Part shown: piece by piece, positions 41,891 to 56,071 of the stretch
Layout: the number at the start of each line of letters is the position of its first letter
Position numbering within the stretch: the first letter of the stretch is position 1
Source: Octopus vulgaris
Lineage: Eukaryota
Direction of reading: 5' to 3'
Assembly: GCA_951406725.2 (NCBI GenBank)
Contig: OX597817.1
Span: 61,256,001 to 61,320,000, forward strand
DNA length: 64,000 nt
Notes under the pieces: model-generated
Told to the model about the DNA's origin: nothing
Database searches by the model: none
The model's input: only the letters and a program-made list of their open reading frames with translations
Made by a program: the position numbers and the translations under genes

Positions 41891-43466
41891 AGTCAAGGAG
41901 CGAGAGAGAAGGTGACAGAGAAAGAGACACTCATTCAAAATTCCATATACACTCCCACTCATTAACTATTTCCTCCAGTACGCTCATTGCTCTTCCTGCT
42001 CCTCCTATTCCACACTCCAGTAAAAATTCCCCCCCCCTCTCTCTCTCTCTCTCTCTATCTCTCCTACTCTGATGTTCACCCTTAATCTTATTTCCGGGTG
42101 GGCTATTATTCCAGGTGCCAACCTCGTTAAACACGCTCGCGACTGTTGCTGTGATTCTATTTGTAACTCTGCTTTCAATCGCTCTCCTTGTTTTTCACGT
42201 TGTTACTGCAGTTGTTGTTGTTGTTGTTGTTGTTGTTGTCATCGTTGTTGTTCCATTTGTCGTTGCAGTTGTCTTGTTGCTACCGAGAATGTCGTTTAAC
42301 ATTAATTCTATAGGATTTATTTATTACTTTTAGTTTTGTTTTTATTATTTCTATCTGTTTAACTCTATCCCGACCTCTGTAAATATCTTTTCTGGTACCA
42401 TCAAAATCATCCTCATCATCGGCGGCGACGGCGGTGGTTGTGGTGCGGCGGCGGCGTCGTATTTGCAGAAAGGGCTCTGGATTGGCAAAGCTGCAAAAGC
42501 GTCTTTTAGTAATGTAGTTATTTAGTTAGGTCCCTAAACTTTCTGTTTTTAGACCGACAGAATACGATTTTGGCTTTCATCGTTCTGCAGAGCATGCAGT
42601 ATTATACCAGTTGTCTACTCAAGTCGTTTAGATTGAGCCTCGCTCTCCCTCAGAACTTCCGGTTTCCAACCCATATCATACGTCCTGTGAAGACCCTATT
42701 CGGAACATTCACAACAACACTCCGTTCGGGATTCGTTCCCAGTCTGCAAAGGTCAAACTTACCTTTTATTTATTTATGTTTGGTGAGAGCGGTGGGGTGC
42801 TTGTGCCTCCATTGGAAAGGTTAATTAAATCCACTACACCCTTATATCGCCGTGTTTTCGGCTCCCAATTTGTTTTCAGAAATCAAGTTCCTTTGTCTTC
42901 GATAATGACGCGATCGTCACTACCAGTAGTAGTAGTAGTAGTAGCAGCAGCAGTAGTAGTAATGGTAGTAGTATTAGCAGCAGCAGCAGCAACAGCAGTA
43001 ACAGCAGCAGAAGGCGAAGAAGTAGCAGCTGTTGCAGCTTATAGGGCATTGGTAGTGTTAGTAGTCGGTTTAGTAGAGTTCGTTCACCTATATAGTAACG
43101 AATATCTTTCTATATTTCCACACAGACACACAGACAGACTCACATACTCACATACACAGATATGTATGTGCCCGTTCGTACATATATATATGTGTGTGTA
43201 TGTATATGTATGTATATGTATATATATACATATATATACATATGTGTGTGTGTATATAGATCTATATATGTATATATATATATATACATGTGTATGTGTA
43301 TGTATGTGTGTGCATGTGTGTGTGTGAGTGTGTGTGATATTATTGCTTTAAATTGGCTCAGATTTGGGTTTATTCTTGGTCGAAATTACGTGAATAGCAG
43401 GTTACTACCTGTAACCTTAGGTATCCACAAGTTTTCAGCAATCTTTCAAGTGATAAGAATTATATA

Positions 43467-43510
<44 letters not shown>

Positions 43511-43838
43511 AAGAGAGTGGAGGAAATGTGTACATATATATATATATAAGCACACACTCACACACGTGTGTCCGCACTTCTCACACACTTCTCCACACAC
43601 TAATCCTACCCAAGCATAAACTGACTGTCACACACACATATACACACGCATACACATGTATATACACGTATACATGCATTGCTTCCCGTTATTCACACAG
43701 AACACGGTTATCTAATGATAAACATCACCAAAAGCTATACTTGCGATAGAAATACCAGGTGGACTTGGGAACTGTTGGCTGGACATGCTCATTATCGCTG
43801 TTAATGGAAGCGTTGCCGTTCTATGTTTGTATTTTGCC

Positions 43839-43877
<39 letters not shown>

Positions 43878-44019
43878 GTGTATGTGGGTCTATGTGTATG
43901 TGTGTCCGTGTGTGGGCGTGCGTGAGTGCTTCGTTGGTGTTGCTTATTATGACGAACGACCTGGCGCGTGCGCAGTTACAGCAAATCGACGTTGTGACCC
44001 AGTTTTCATTTCCGGTTTC

Positions 44020-44370
44020 AGTGACTAAATTTTTCGACTCTGGCCATTCTAGAGCACTGCTATGGAAAACAATTAGCCACAGTAGAAACGTCTGAGTTAT
44101 GGAAATATACACAAACCTACACCGGTTGTCATGCGCTGGTCGGAAACAAACACGAATACAAAGGCGCCCCCCCCCCCCCCACCGATACACACACACAGAT
44201 ACGCACACACACATATACACGAGGGTTCACCAAATTTACGCACAAGTCGTTGTAAGGCCATTGTAAGGACCGAGTGCTAGAGTAGAAGACATCTGGCCAA
44301 CGTGCCGCGCAGTGGAACTGAACTTGGAGCCACATGGTTTCGAAGCATGCTTCTTTACCACACAACCATA
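44020..44370 (-). mobile_element. SINE family B copy (diverged)
   Basis: tttcagtgact..ggccattctagagcactgc..gtgccgcgcagtggaactgaac..ttaccacacaacc. Confidence 0.6.
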
Positions 44371-44689
44371 TTTTCACCTTTAAATTGATTCCGTCCATTT
44401 CTCTTTGTTGTGATTTAGTATAATTCCTGAATATTACTCAGCTAGAATGTGATACGAGTGAGATTTGGTTGTTATTTCTAGTATGCAGAGTGTCATTTCT
44501 TGAAATTTTCTCTTTCTGTATTTCTCTTGAACTCAAGGCCTCACCAAGCCAGATTTCCCCTTTTCCATGGAGAACACGTGACCAAGGTTACATTCCTTCT
44601 GAAAGTGGCACCAGTTTGTTGCAGGATTCAAAACCAGCAATTTCAATATCAGGAGACAAGCCAATAACGTTAACCATGGTACTTGAATG

Positions 44690-45035
44690 CTAATTTAGTT
44701 GATCGAGACAAAAGGGATGAGAGACAAGGCTCACTTTAGTGGGATTCGAACTTAGAACGTAAAGAGCAGGAAGAAATATCCCTAAGCATTTTGTCCGATA
44801 CTCTAACAATTCTGCCAGCTGACAGCCTTTTTAATTCCTTTATAACAGTTTCAAATTTTGGTACAAGGCCAGCAGCTTCGGTAGGCGCGGATAAGTCGAT
44901 TACATCGACCCCACAGCTCAGCTGCTAAGGATGAAAGGCAAAGTCGATCTTGCTGGAATTTGAAGTTAGAACGTAAAGACCGACGAAATTCTGCTCAGCA
45001 TTTTGTCCGGCATGCTAACGATTCTTCTCGCCGCC
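44690..45035 (-). mobile_element. Two adjacent SINE family A copies
   Basis: Reverse complements of the 19237 SINE head: aaggatgaaaggcaaagtcga..agaacgtaaag..agcattttgtcc..ctaac. Confidence 0.7.
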
Positions 45036-45471
45036 TTTAATTTCTCTGTGATAGAATGTGACATAAGTGAGATTTGACTACTATTTCTAGCCTATAGAGA
45101 GACCTCATAGAATGCCTTAATTGTCGTGTCATAGGCGTTGCTTGTTGTGCTAAGCGACATGGTGCGTGTGCTGTTCTGCCGAATCGACGCACGACTCAAT
45201 GTTCATTTCCGGTTTCAATGACAACGTTTCCCCTCTAGATTTCCGTCTGGAATAGATTAATGTCAATTAATTAACACACGTCTTCCCACACACTATGGTA
45301 AAGCATGACCGTGCCAGAATTTAACTATTTCTTCTTTCCATGCTCTACTCTTCAAACCTCACATCAGCTTTCTCTTTTACTAAACGAACGCATACGGGCG
45401 CCCTTGCATATTAAAACACACACACAAACTTTAACGTATTGCTCAGGAGATACACACACGCGCGCGCGTAC

Positions 45472-45520
<49 letters not shown>

Positions 45521-45527
<7 letters not shown>

Positions 45528-45842
45528 ATTCGAGACAAAACCACTATTTTAAAACCAAACAAGGAAATACTTAATCAATACATAAAATTTTAATATAAAT
45601 TAAATAAACCGCCACTACAAATGTTTCATGTCTGCTCCGACAATCTTCAGGTGGATTTTCGATCTTCTAATCAGTATCAAATTTGATACTGATTAGAAGA
45701 TCGAAAATCCACCTGAAGATTGTCGGAGCAGACATGAAACATTTGTAGTGGCGGTTTATTTAATTTATATTAAAATTTTATGTATTGATTAAGTCTTTCC
45801 TTGTTTGGTTTTAAAATAATGGTTTTGTCTCGAATTATATTA
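45521..45842. repeat. Spacerless ~322-bp palindrome (centre 45681/45682) adjoining (TA)n
   Basis: 161-bp arms with only two mismatches seen; centre gtatcaaa|tttgatac. Confidence 0.97.
45709..45751 (+). ncRNA. Minimal type I hammerhead ribozyme (identical mirror copy on minus strand 45612-45654)
   Basis: ccac-CTGAAGA-t-TGTC-ggagca-GACA-t-GAAAC-ATTT-GTA-gtgg; stems I, II and III pair (U.U at the base of stem II); GUA cleavage site. Confidence 0.8.
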
Positions 45843-45941
45843 TATAATATTTTACTATAAAATTGGATTTAACCCTAAATCTGATTTTTCCCTGTAATTT
45901 TGGATTCATTCCCTAATATTTATTATATATATATATATATA

Positions 45942-46337
45942 TACTAGCAGTATAGCCAAGCCTTGCTCGGGCTTGTTTTCTTTTCGACCCTTTAGAATTG
46001 GAATTTTTGAAAAGTAAAAATTTTGCATTATATAGCTTGTTATTCTCTTTAAGTGAACATTTTTCTGGTTGAACTACACCGAAAAATGGCGACACAGCAG
46101 TAAAGAAATCGTAAAAAAATAGGGATTTTCATAGAAAAAAAGCACTTTTTTGATGTAAATAATTTTTGGTGTTAACATGGTCCGATTTGATTTTTTTCTT
46201 CTACAGAAGGAAGAGCAAGCCTTCTATCATACTCTCAATTTTGGTCAACTTGCGTTGCAGGGTCTCCGAGGAGATAGTGTTAGTTGAAGGCTACCAAACC
46301 TGCCATACACAGACAACTTCAGCTTTATATATAGAGA

Positions 46338-46340
<3 letters not shown>
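45942..46340 (+). mobile_element. Non-autonomous Helitron/Helentron-like element
   Basis: Starts tACTAGcagtatagccaagccttgctcggg and ends acacagacaacttcagctttatatataga within TA tracts, the architecture of Lep1/HINE-type elements. Confidence 0.55.
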
Positions 46341-46382
<42 letters not shown>

Positions 46383-46609
46383 GGGCGTGCGTGCATGTGT
46401 AGTCTTTTATTTATTTGCTGGTGCAGGTCGTACAAAGTGGTGAGGTTTTGCATGGTCCTTGCCTGTGAAAAACATTTCAACCTTACTAAACTGAACAACG
46501 CATCCATCGAAGCTATCATCTCTATCTCATTTCGCTCGTCGATTTCAGTTCCTTTCCTGTACACCGAAGGTGTAGTGTGTACACACACAGACACACAGAC
46601 ACAGACACA

Positions 46610-46673
<64 letters not shown>

Positions 46674-46810
46674 TACACATGCACACACATATACATACAT
46701 GTATACATACATGCATAGCATACATTCAAACCTACATACATATCATCATATGTATATTCGTATAAATACATTTGATCATATATTTAATTCGTCAATAAAT
46801 ACACACACAC

Positions 46811-47008
<198 letters not shown>

Positions 47009-47019
47009 TATACATATAT

Positions 47020-47070
<51 letters not shown>

Positions 47071-47073
<3 letters not shown>

Positions 47074-47595
47074 GAAAAAAGATGGTATAGGCACACACCA
47101 GAAAAGGTCACAGAAAACGAGAAAGCAACCATACTCTGGGATATGCCAATACACACAGATAGAGAAATTAAGGCCAACAGACTAGATATAGTTGTCAGAG
47201 ATCATGAAGAAAAAAAATGCTTTCTAATTGATGCATCAATACCAGCAGATGACAACGTGTCTCTAAAAGAAATGGAGAGAATTTCAAAATACAAAGACCT
47301 GGAAATAGAGGTAACCAGAATGTGGAATCTAAAAACAAACAATTCCTATCATAGTAGGTGCATTAGGCACGATAAAAACATATTCAGACAAATACATAAC
47401 AAAAACACCAGGACTTACAAACACATATAACATACAGAAAATTGCACTACTAGGCACTGCCCACATCCTACGCAGAACATTTTTCCATACAATAACCATC
47501 AGAGCATCACAACAAATCACAGCACATACCCAAGGCACACATAACTGCGCTCGGTAGTGAAGTGAAAGCACCCTATAAAAATAAAACTACAGAAT
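47071..47595 (+). mobile_element. R4/Dong-type LINE 3' end inserted in (TAA)n
   Basis: [64 protein letters not shown]; then [24 protein letters not shown]; (TAA)n on both sides. Confidence 0.9.
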
Positions 47596-47689
47596 AATAA
47601 TAATAATAATAACGGCTTCTAACGTGTCGCTCTAAGATGCACCACAGATGCTCAATAATAATATTAAGATCTGGAAATTGAGGGACGGT

Positions 47690-48392
47690 ACTCAATGTGT
47701 TGTAGCTCACAAAATACCAATTCTAAAGCACCTGAGAGATGTGTATTGGAGCATTGTCACCTTGAAAGCTGCACTCACCATCAGGGAATAATGTCTGGTC
47801 CATGGGAAGAACTTGATTTTCCAAAATATTCAGATAATCATTGCTTTTGATCCTACCATATAGGACAACGACTGGATATCCGGCTTTATTGAGCTGACGG
47901 CGAACTGTTTTGGGCTGGTCAGATGTTGAATAAACTCTGTAGTCGCTTTAGGAGCAGTTGTCCGGTGATTTTTCATCACAATGCCATTCAACACGCGTCG
48001 TTCTCTTTCAGTGAGCTTCGAAGTCCTGTCAGACTTACTCCTCCTGCTGGAGGTTTTGCCCTGCTTCTCAAAAAACAGTCATGATATGTTAGCTCCCACT
48101 AAATAAAAAAAAAAAAACAAGGAGTTCAGTTGTTCTGGTGACGGAAGGTCCTGCCTTTCGAACTCCAACAATTTCCCCTTTTTCAAATTCAGTGAGGTCA
48201 CGCATCTCAGCTTAATTTAGACTACGATCTGAACTAGAGATAGAAATAATCATTAAATCAGATAAATAAAAACCATCTACAATACAAAAAGTAAAAAACA
48301 CTCACAATGAAATTTGGTGGATATTCGTAATGTAATAGCTCAATAAAATATTGGAGTTAAATTTCTACTGTTCCAATTATTTTGTCCATGTT
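47690..48392 (-). mobile_element. Tc1-family relic
   Basis: Minus strand contains FQGDNAPIH and a segment similar to 5600-5700 (acagttcgccg.cagctc.a.aaagccggat); TIR-like tactgttccaattattttgtcca end. Confidence 0.65.
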
Positions 48393-48544
48393 TAATTGAA
48401 ACAGCTGTAAGTGACCATGTTTGATTTTCGAAGATAATAAACTATGATTTATATATAAACGTATTGTTTTATGAATACTATTATTCACAAAAAATATTGA
48501 ATGATTCCATCTTTTCATGGAGCTAATATATATATATATATATG

Positions 48545-49230
48545 GCGGTTGTCTATTCCTTATGCAGAGTTTGACCACCTCCTGTACTTACACCTTAGAT
48601 CCATCATGGCATCTAATGTGGCTTTTTAAACCAGACAATGCATATCTGATTTGGACCACCAAGAGCTGCATTTAAGTTCTGATCTTTGTGGATCTTAAAA
48701 TGTCTTTTGAGGCCTCCTTTAGATTTGCAGACCTTATAGCATACACGGCATTGAAAGGTATGCACAGATAAATAGGCAGACTAGTTGGTGGAGGTTCGTT
48801 TTCCAAGGGTCCGTAAATGAGATTTGGGCCCAGCAAAAGAAAGGCATGGTCTGTCACAAACTGTGAACTCAAAAAGATCACTAAGATTCACCTCCTTGAT
48901 CGCAACATTCTTCTTTAAATCTCTCTTGAGTCTTGCATGTCATTCTGGCCTTCTCAAAAACTTCCACTCCGCTCTACACTTTTGTTCGCCATCCAGTTTG
49001 ATCCGAAATAAAAACAGTTCTTGTGTAATAAGTATTATTATCTTCATATATTTAATGTATATACTTGTGTATTTTCCGGTGGCCGCAATAGCGTGGCGGA
49101 GTATATATACTTTCAAAGTGCTGGGTGTAAGACACCTCAGAGTCATGGACAGGCGAGATAACACATCCTCAATCCCATTTGGGATTGATGGACACCGGGT
49201 GTTTCACCATTTTTGTGGCTTGTAAAATCA
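48545..49230 (-). mobile_element. Possible Tx1/L1-type LINE fragment
   Basis: KVYILRHAIAATGKY resembles the zf-RVT-region 'WRILHGAIAT' motif; degraded. Confidence 0.35.
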
Positions 49231-49739
49231 GGAGCTGGTATGCCCAGAAATTGCAAAGCTAAGAGAAAATTAGGTCGTTAGGTTATCCCTAGATAATCCC
49301 TGAAACCTACTAGCTTTCGGAATACTGAGTTTTCGATTGCCAACACTTACGCAAGCAGCAAATTATTTGCGAGTCTGTGTGTCTCGTTAAAACATTCTTC
49401 GGTAAGCATTCAATCCGTGACCACCTCGTCTTTATTTCTGACACATCATATTGAATATTAGTTTATCCTGCACATTCAGAAACTTTGAAGATGGTCTGAT
49501 AGAATTTTAGGAAGGATTGGGTGTACTTCCATGCAATTCGAGAAACCACCTAGGAGCCTCGTTTTTGATTTGCGTTATATTGTTATTCTCGAGTTAGGTG
49601 GATCCACCAGTTAAGAAGTCACAGACTCAACGCAGAAGTAATAATAAGATATTACCTTTCGACTCTCGATCGACACCGAATTCTTCAATTTTTTGCCCTT
49701 CTTTGGCGTCGAAATAAAGTTTACATTAAGATAACATCT

Positions 49740-52000
49740 GAGTGATCTTGGAAGAGTCGTTAGCACGTCAGACAAAATACTTAGTGGTATTTCTTAATTT
49801 CTTTCGGCGCTTTCGGTTCCAATCCCGGCAAAGTCAACTCTGCCTTTCGGGGGTTGATAAAATGAAGTACCAGACAAGTGCTGGGGTTGAGGAAATTGAC
49901 AAGTCCCCTCCCACCAAAATTGCTGGCTTTGAGCTCTGTAACGGACGGAATGCCGTTCAGAGGGAGTGTTGCAATTTCGGTCAATTTAAATGCCATGGAA
50001 ACCGGGTAACCGTCCTAGACCCCAACAAAAATGTTTGGTGGACTCATCAGTTTAGAATCTTAACCAAGAACTCACCATTGTACTTTTGGTTGGCACCGAA
50101 CTCTTTTTGCCCTTTTCTGGCTTCGAAATAAAGTTTGTATTAGAAAAACATGTCTCAATGAGCTGGCAGAATTGTTAGCACATCAGGCAAAATGCATGCT
50201 TAGAGGTATTTCTTTGCCTTTCGGGGTTGATATAAGTACCAATAGAGTACTGTGATCGATGTAATCGCCCAATGCCCTCTACTCAAAAGTGCTAACCGTA
50301 TACCAAAAATTAGAAAGAAAAATATTAAAACTTAGTTTTTCCATTTTCCTTATTCCATAGAAAACTTAAGAACAAAAACAACATCGTGTTTGCAACAACA
50401 GCAAACGCAAAGAACAAGCGACACTTAATACTTATAGCAGAAAACACCCACTATAGATAAAGTTTGTGCCAACAGAGCATTTCTAATTAATCATTTTTTG
50501 TTGAAGATATCTAGCAATAATCATTCATCTTATCTCAGTCGACGAAAGATTAACAAAAAAGTGCTCGTTTGCAAATGAAGCACTTTATACATAAAATCAC
50601 ACAACCGACCAAAAGCAGGAGATATACATTATATATTACAACCAAATATTATCTGAGGTCATTGGGAATATCATTTTATGGGCGTTTGGGGAATTTCGTG
50701 TTTAATTTGAAATACAAATGAATGAAGTCTGTAATACTGATAAAGATACGAAAGAGTACGACCGCGGAAACTAGAGGCCGAAATGGGGCTCTTCCGAAGG
50801 ATTTCTGGAGTAACCTTACTCGACAGGGTAGGTAATTCGAAGTTCAGGGAGTTTCACCGAGTCGAATCGCCAAATCTTCGCATTAGGAGATCACAGCTCT
50901 GGTACTATGGACTTGTGGTTAGAATATCGCAGAAATGAATTGCAAGACGGATTCTTCAAGCCGAACCAACTAGCAGAAGACCAAGAACGAGATGTATGGA
51001 TAATATCCATTGTCTCAGTCGGTTATACTTGGGAATCCAACCAGAAAATGTTATGACGCTTGTTTCTAATAAAACCTTATGGAGGCGCGGTACCTGAAGT
51101 CCCTACGCCGAAGATCTCTCAGGAATAGTGACAGGAGAAGATGAATGGATTGATATAAGTACAAAATCATAGATATGAGAGTGGTTAAAATCGTTTATGT
51201 TGACCTCAGTACTTGAGTGGTGGTATTTATTTGTGACTGACAACGAGATATCGAAAAGCAAAACAGACTCAAGTGAGATATGACTCTACTATCTGCTTGT
51301 GACTAAATAAGAAATCCTTTTTTAAAGGTGACCAACCAGTAGGGCCGCTTGAGCTTAGGAAAAATTACTTCATGTTATTTGTTCTGTTTCTTTGTATTGT
51401 AAGTTCAGTCGGAATGAGGTCAGCCTTTCCTTTTATCCTTTCATCGCTTACGGATCGATGAAATATTGAAGCAGTTAAATACTGAGATCGAAGATTAAAG
51501 ACTTGCAACTCTTTCCTACAAATCAGTTTTGTGCTTAAATAAGATATTCTATAATAACTCAAATGTTGGCATAAGTTGAGAAATTTTGAAGAGATGAGCT
51601 TAGTCGGGGCCATCGATACCCTAGTACTGGTACCTTGGTTTATCGAGCCCGAAAGAATGCAAGGCAAACTTGACTTCGACAGTATTTGAACTCAGGACAT
51701 AAAGAGCTCTAATAAATACTAGACAGCAAATTTTCCGATGCAATTTTAGCGATTCTGCGAGTTTCGCTTCCTTTGAATAATGATTAGTGATTTAGCCACA
51801 AGACCAACAGTTTTGAAAGAGAGGACAATAGTCAATGCCATCAACTCCAGTACATTACTGGTACTTTATTTTATCAACCCCGAAAGGAGAAAAAGCATAG
51901 TCGAACTTGGCGGAAATTAATCTCAGACTGTAAAGCCGGAAGAAATGCTGTATAGCATTTTGTCCGGCGTGATAATGCTCGCCACCTTATATCTAAATTA
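49740..52000. mobile_element. Cluster of diverged SINE family A copies plus an RTE 3' fragment (50760-51150, +)
   Basis: Repeated gcctttcggggttgata..aagtacca / aaggcaaa.ttgac blocks at ~49740-49930, 50158-50310, 51600-51770 and 51830-51990; RRPRTRCMDNI at ~50975. Confidence 0.65.
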
Positions 52001-53317
52001 GAAACAATATTTAGTTGCGTTCCTTCAAGTTCTTTGTTTCGTTACCACCAGATTCGAGTCGGTGTTTCACAATTCCGAGATCGACGAAATAAACAGCCTG
52101 AAGTATTGGAATCAGTCGAATTATCTGTGCTTTCTTTTCGAATTGCCTTTTAGCAATGCTAAACAATCAGTTATATCTTTCATAATTCAATCGTTTGTTA
52201 ACCAAGAATAACTTTACTTTTAATGTTATTCGATCTTATTCTCGATCTAATTTAAATCTTAACATTATTAACATCATATTACGAATGTACTGCGTGAACT
52301 AATTGTTAATTCATTTACTCTGATTAAAATTAACTTTGCAAATAATCGATCGTGCAAGAAACTTTGCATGTCACAGTTCTGTTATTTCCTTCGTGCTTAT
52401 GCAAACATTCCACTAATTTACAATTATTGGCCAAGCTTACGCACGACAGAAACATTTCGTTAGTTTACAATTAAAGTGTATTTTACGTATATATAAATGT
52501 ATTTTGTGCTAATAGTTTCGGTTTTATTACTCTGAATAAGTATTTATAATTTAAATAAAGCTGCTCGAAGCAATCTCACAGATTCTATTATATTATCAAA
52601 ACTATTCAGAATTTAATAGCTTTGGTGACGCTACTGCGTGTCTAATAACATGGAATGCCAACCGACATATTTTCTGAAAGACACGTTTACTCTCTCTATT
52701 TTTAGAATGTTTTCTTCAAAGTAACACGCATTGGCAACTGTTGAGGTGAGGCTAATCACGGAATGCATATAGACATTATGACTTTGAGAAGAATGTGCAC
52801 GAAAATACGTGCGCGCCCGCAAGCCTTCATACACGCACACATATAATTTAATGAATACGGAAATTATACATGAGCCACTTTAACTTTCATGTTTAGTACA
52901 CAACACAATTCCGTAATGAGATGTGCTTGTATAGCGTAGCGTGCACGGTCAGGCAATCATTCAGGTTCAATTATGATACAGAAAAAGAAATGTGATCCGG
53001 ATTGAGTTTTAAATTATATATAAAACCCAACGCAGTGGGTTCGCATCCGGATTCATGATAGTGAAGCAAACATTTTACCATTTGATAGTGCTGAGTCCAT
53101 AATACACATGCACATTCACACGCATTCACTGATACACACATACATATATACGACACATACATACAAGGCATAAACCCTTCCAAACGACACATCCTTTGTA
53201 TCCTATCCGCTTATAAAGAATCCCTGCAAATGTCCACGGATCCACTTTGTTGAATGTTCACGGTGGAAATCGGTGATTTTGGTTTTTCTCTCTATTTCCA
53301 TGTAATCTTTTATTGTT

Positions 53318-53523
53318 TATTTGTTTCAGTGATTCGGCTCCGGCCATGCTGGAGCACTGCCCTGAAAGGTTTAGTCGGACAGAGTACTCCCTGTACTTAC
53401 TTTTTTAAGCTTCGTACTTATTCTCGCGGTTTCTTTTGCGAACCGCTAAGTTACGGCTGTGTAAACAAAGATACACACACACACATACACGTACGTGTGT
53501 ATGTATATATGTATGTATGTATG

Positions 53524-53557
<34 letters not shown>

Positions 53558-53975
53558 TGTATGTATGTATGTATGTATGTATGTATGTATGTAGATAGTC
53601 TTATTGCTACTGTTTATATCTCGTTCAAAGATTTATTACAGCCCATATATATATATATATATAAAGTTAATCCAAACAAGAAAGCACAAAAAAACACAAC
53701 AACGCGAGGACGTGGAACAAATATAGTATTATTGGACGCTCAGGAAAGAAGGAAAGAAGGAGGGTTTAACGTTTCGAGCGGAGCTCTTCGTCGGAAACAT
53801 AGGAGAAGGAAAGATCCAGAGAAGGGAAGACAGAGGAAAAAAAATCGTCACAAGGGTTTGATATTTCTGTAGCTAAATTTGAAGTAACTGGCCCAAGATG
53901 CAGTACAATGGGACTGAACCGGAAATTACATGGTTGCAAAGCGAGCTTCTTAACTACACAGCTAAATCTGCGCCT
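53318..53975 (-). mobile_element. SINE family B copy interrupted by a PLE-like insert (~53660-53850)
   Basis: SINE 3' part 53318-53470 and head 53890-53975 separated by microsatellite plus unrelated insert. Confidence 0.65.
53764..53798 (-). ncRNA. Ultra-minimal hammerhead-like motif
   Basis: Minus strand: gttt-CCGACGA-a-GAGC-tcc-GCTC-GAAAC-GTT-aaac; stem III reduced to the palindrome AACGTT. Confidence 0.6.
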
Positions 53976-54874
53976 ATCGACAACACTTTCAAATGATAGT
54001 ATGAGGAGTAGCGAGGAATGCTGAAAGCATCATCATTATCATCATCATCATCATCATCATCATCGTCTTGTTTATTACCATTCAGAATGCTGACGGTTGG
54101 ACTTAGCTTTTTTTTATTATGTATTCTTTTCACTTTACATATATGTGGTGTGTGTGTGTGTGTGTGTGTGTGTAGTTATATACGTATGTATGTATGTACA
54201 AATTTATCTATCTAGATATATATATATAAATATATATATGTACATACATGTGTGTGCATACGCTCACACACACACGTATATATATGCATGTGTGTGTATG
54301 TATGTATGTATGTATGTATGTACGTACGTATGTATGTATGTATGTATGTATGTATGTATGTATGTATGTATGTATGTATGTATGTACGTATGTATGTATG
54401 TATGTATGTATGTACATGAAACTCTCGCAAAACCTGAGAAGTTGTATAGAATGTGTGTATCCTGGCTGATAACGTTAATGATTTGCAAATTTACATAAAT
54501 TCTGTTTCAGGAAACGTTAATTCTAATTAATGTTGGACATAATATTAAGATAATACGGAACTACGACTAGAAGGATTCTTGACATGGCAGAGGCAAGTGA
54601 AGAGAGAGAGAGAGGGGGGAGAGGGGGGACGTTTAGACTAGACACCATGCTTGTTTGAGTACACGGCTATCATTATATAAAGATGTCTTTAACGCAAGGA
54701 ATATATTTTGTCAATGTTGATGATAATGGTTGCGATGAAGGAAGTGGCGTTAGTTATGTGATGGTAGTGATGTTGGTGATGTTGGTGATGCTGATTTTGT
54801 ATTTGGGTATTTGAGAATGCCTGCATGAGTATACGTGTATGTGTATGTTTGTATATATATATATTTATATATGT

Positions 54875-56071
54875 TAGGTTGTCCGGAAAGCTCTGAGCGT
54901 TTTAAGCTAAATCTTTTAACGCTTCATTGAACACACCTGAAACATAACACAGTTAAAACTTTGGCATTACTTGAAGTGGTAGTGCATCTCTTCTTTGTTC
55001 CTGACTAAAATTAGATTTACCTTTCCATCCGGTTACCTTTTATTGACATTTGAAATAGATAATCAAAAATTTCCTATTCGCGTTGTAATGTTTTTCTTTT
55101 CTAAAACAGGGGAAAGTGCAGCAAAGACTTGCAAATACATGTGTGAAGTTTATGGTGATGATGATGCTGTATGTGAATCTACTGTTCGAAGTTGGTTTGC
55201 AAAATTTAAAGCTGGAGAATTTAGCTTGGAAGATGATAGTTGCAGTTGAAAACCGTCAAAATTGAAAGATGTTTTGAAGTCAAATATCGAAGAAAACTCA
55301 AATATCACGACTAGAGAACTTGCAGAGGAGTTTGAAGTTTCTAAAAGTAAGGTTCATGAAGCCAGGATACATTTCTCGTTATAATGTATGGATCCCTTAC
55401 AAACTTTCAGAAGAGAATGCTTGGGATGGTTTTCCGTTTGTGATATGCTTTTGAAACAGAATGGAAGACTGCCTTTTTTGAAACAACTTGAAACTGGAGA
55501 TGAAAAATGGATGGTGTACGAAAATGTAGTGCGAAAAAAAGATTCTGGAGTTTGCGTAAGGATCCTCCAAAACAGCAACCAAAGACGAATATCGATGCCA
55601 AAAAAGCTATGCTTTGTGTTTGGTGGTATCATAAATGCATTATTTATTATGAACTTCTCCCACAAATCGAAACCATTAATTCTGATGTGTACTGTCGTCA
55701 GCTGGCTAATTTGAACCAAAAACTCAGAGAATTGAAACCGGAGATGGCCACCAGGAAAGAGGTGGTGTTCCAACTAGACAATACCCGACAACATGTGTCT
55801 TTGGCTACCCGAGCAAAGTTACATGGACTTGGCTGGTATCTCTCACCCGATCCATGATATTCTCCTGATACCGTGCCATCCGACTACCACTTGTTTTGTT
55901 TTTTCTTCAAAACCAGTCAAATTTTATGCTGACAGAATATTTAAATTGCCTGATAGATGAGCAAAGGTCATTAATGGTAAAATTATTCCATTGAATAAAA
56001 TTTAGTGAAAGGTCAATTGTTTATATCCCTTTTTGCATATTAGAAAGCACTCAGAACTTCCCTGACAATCT

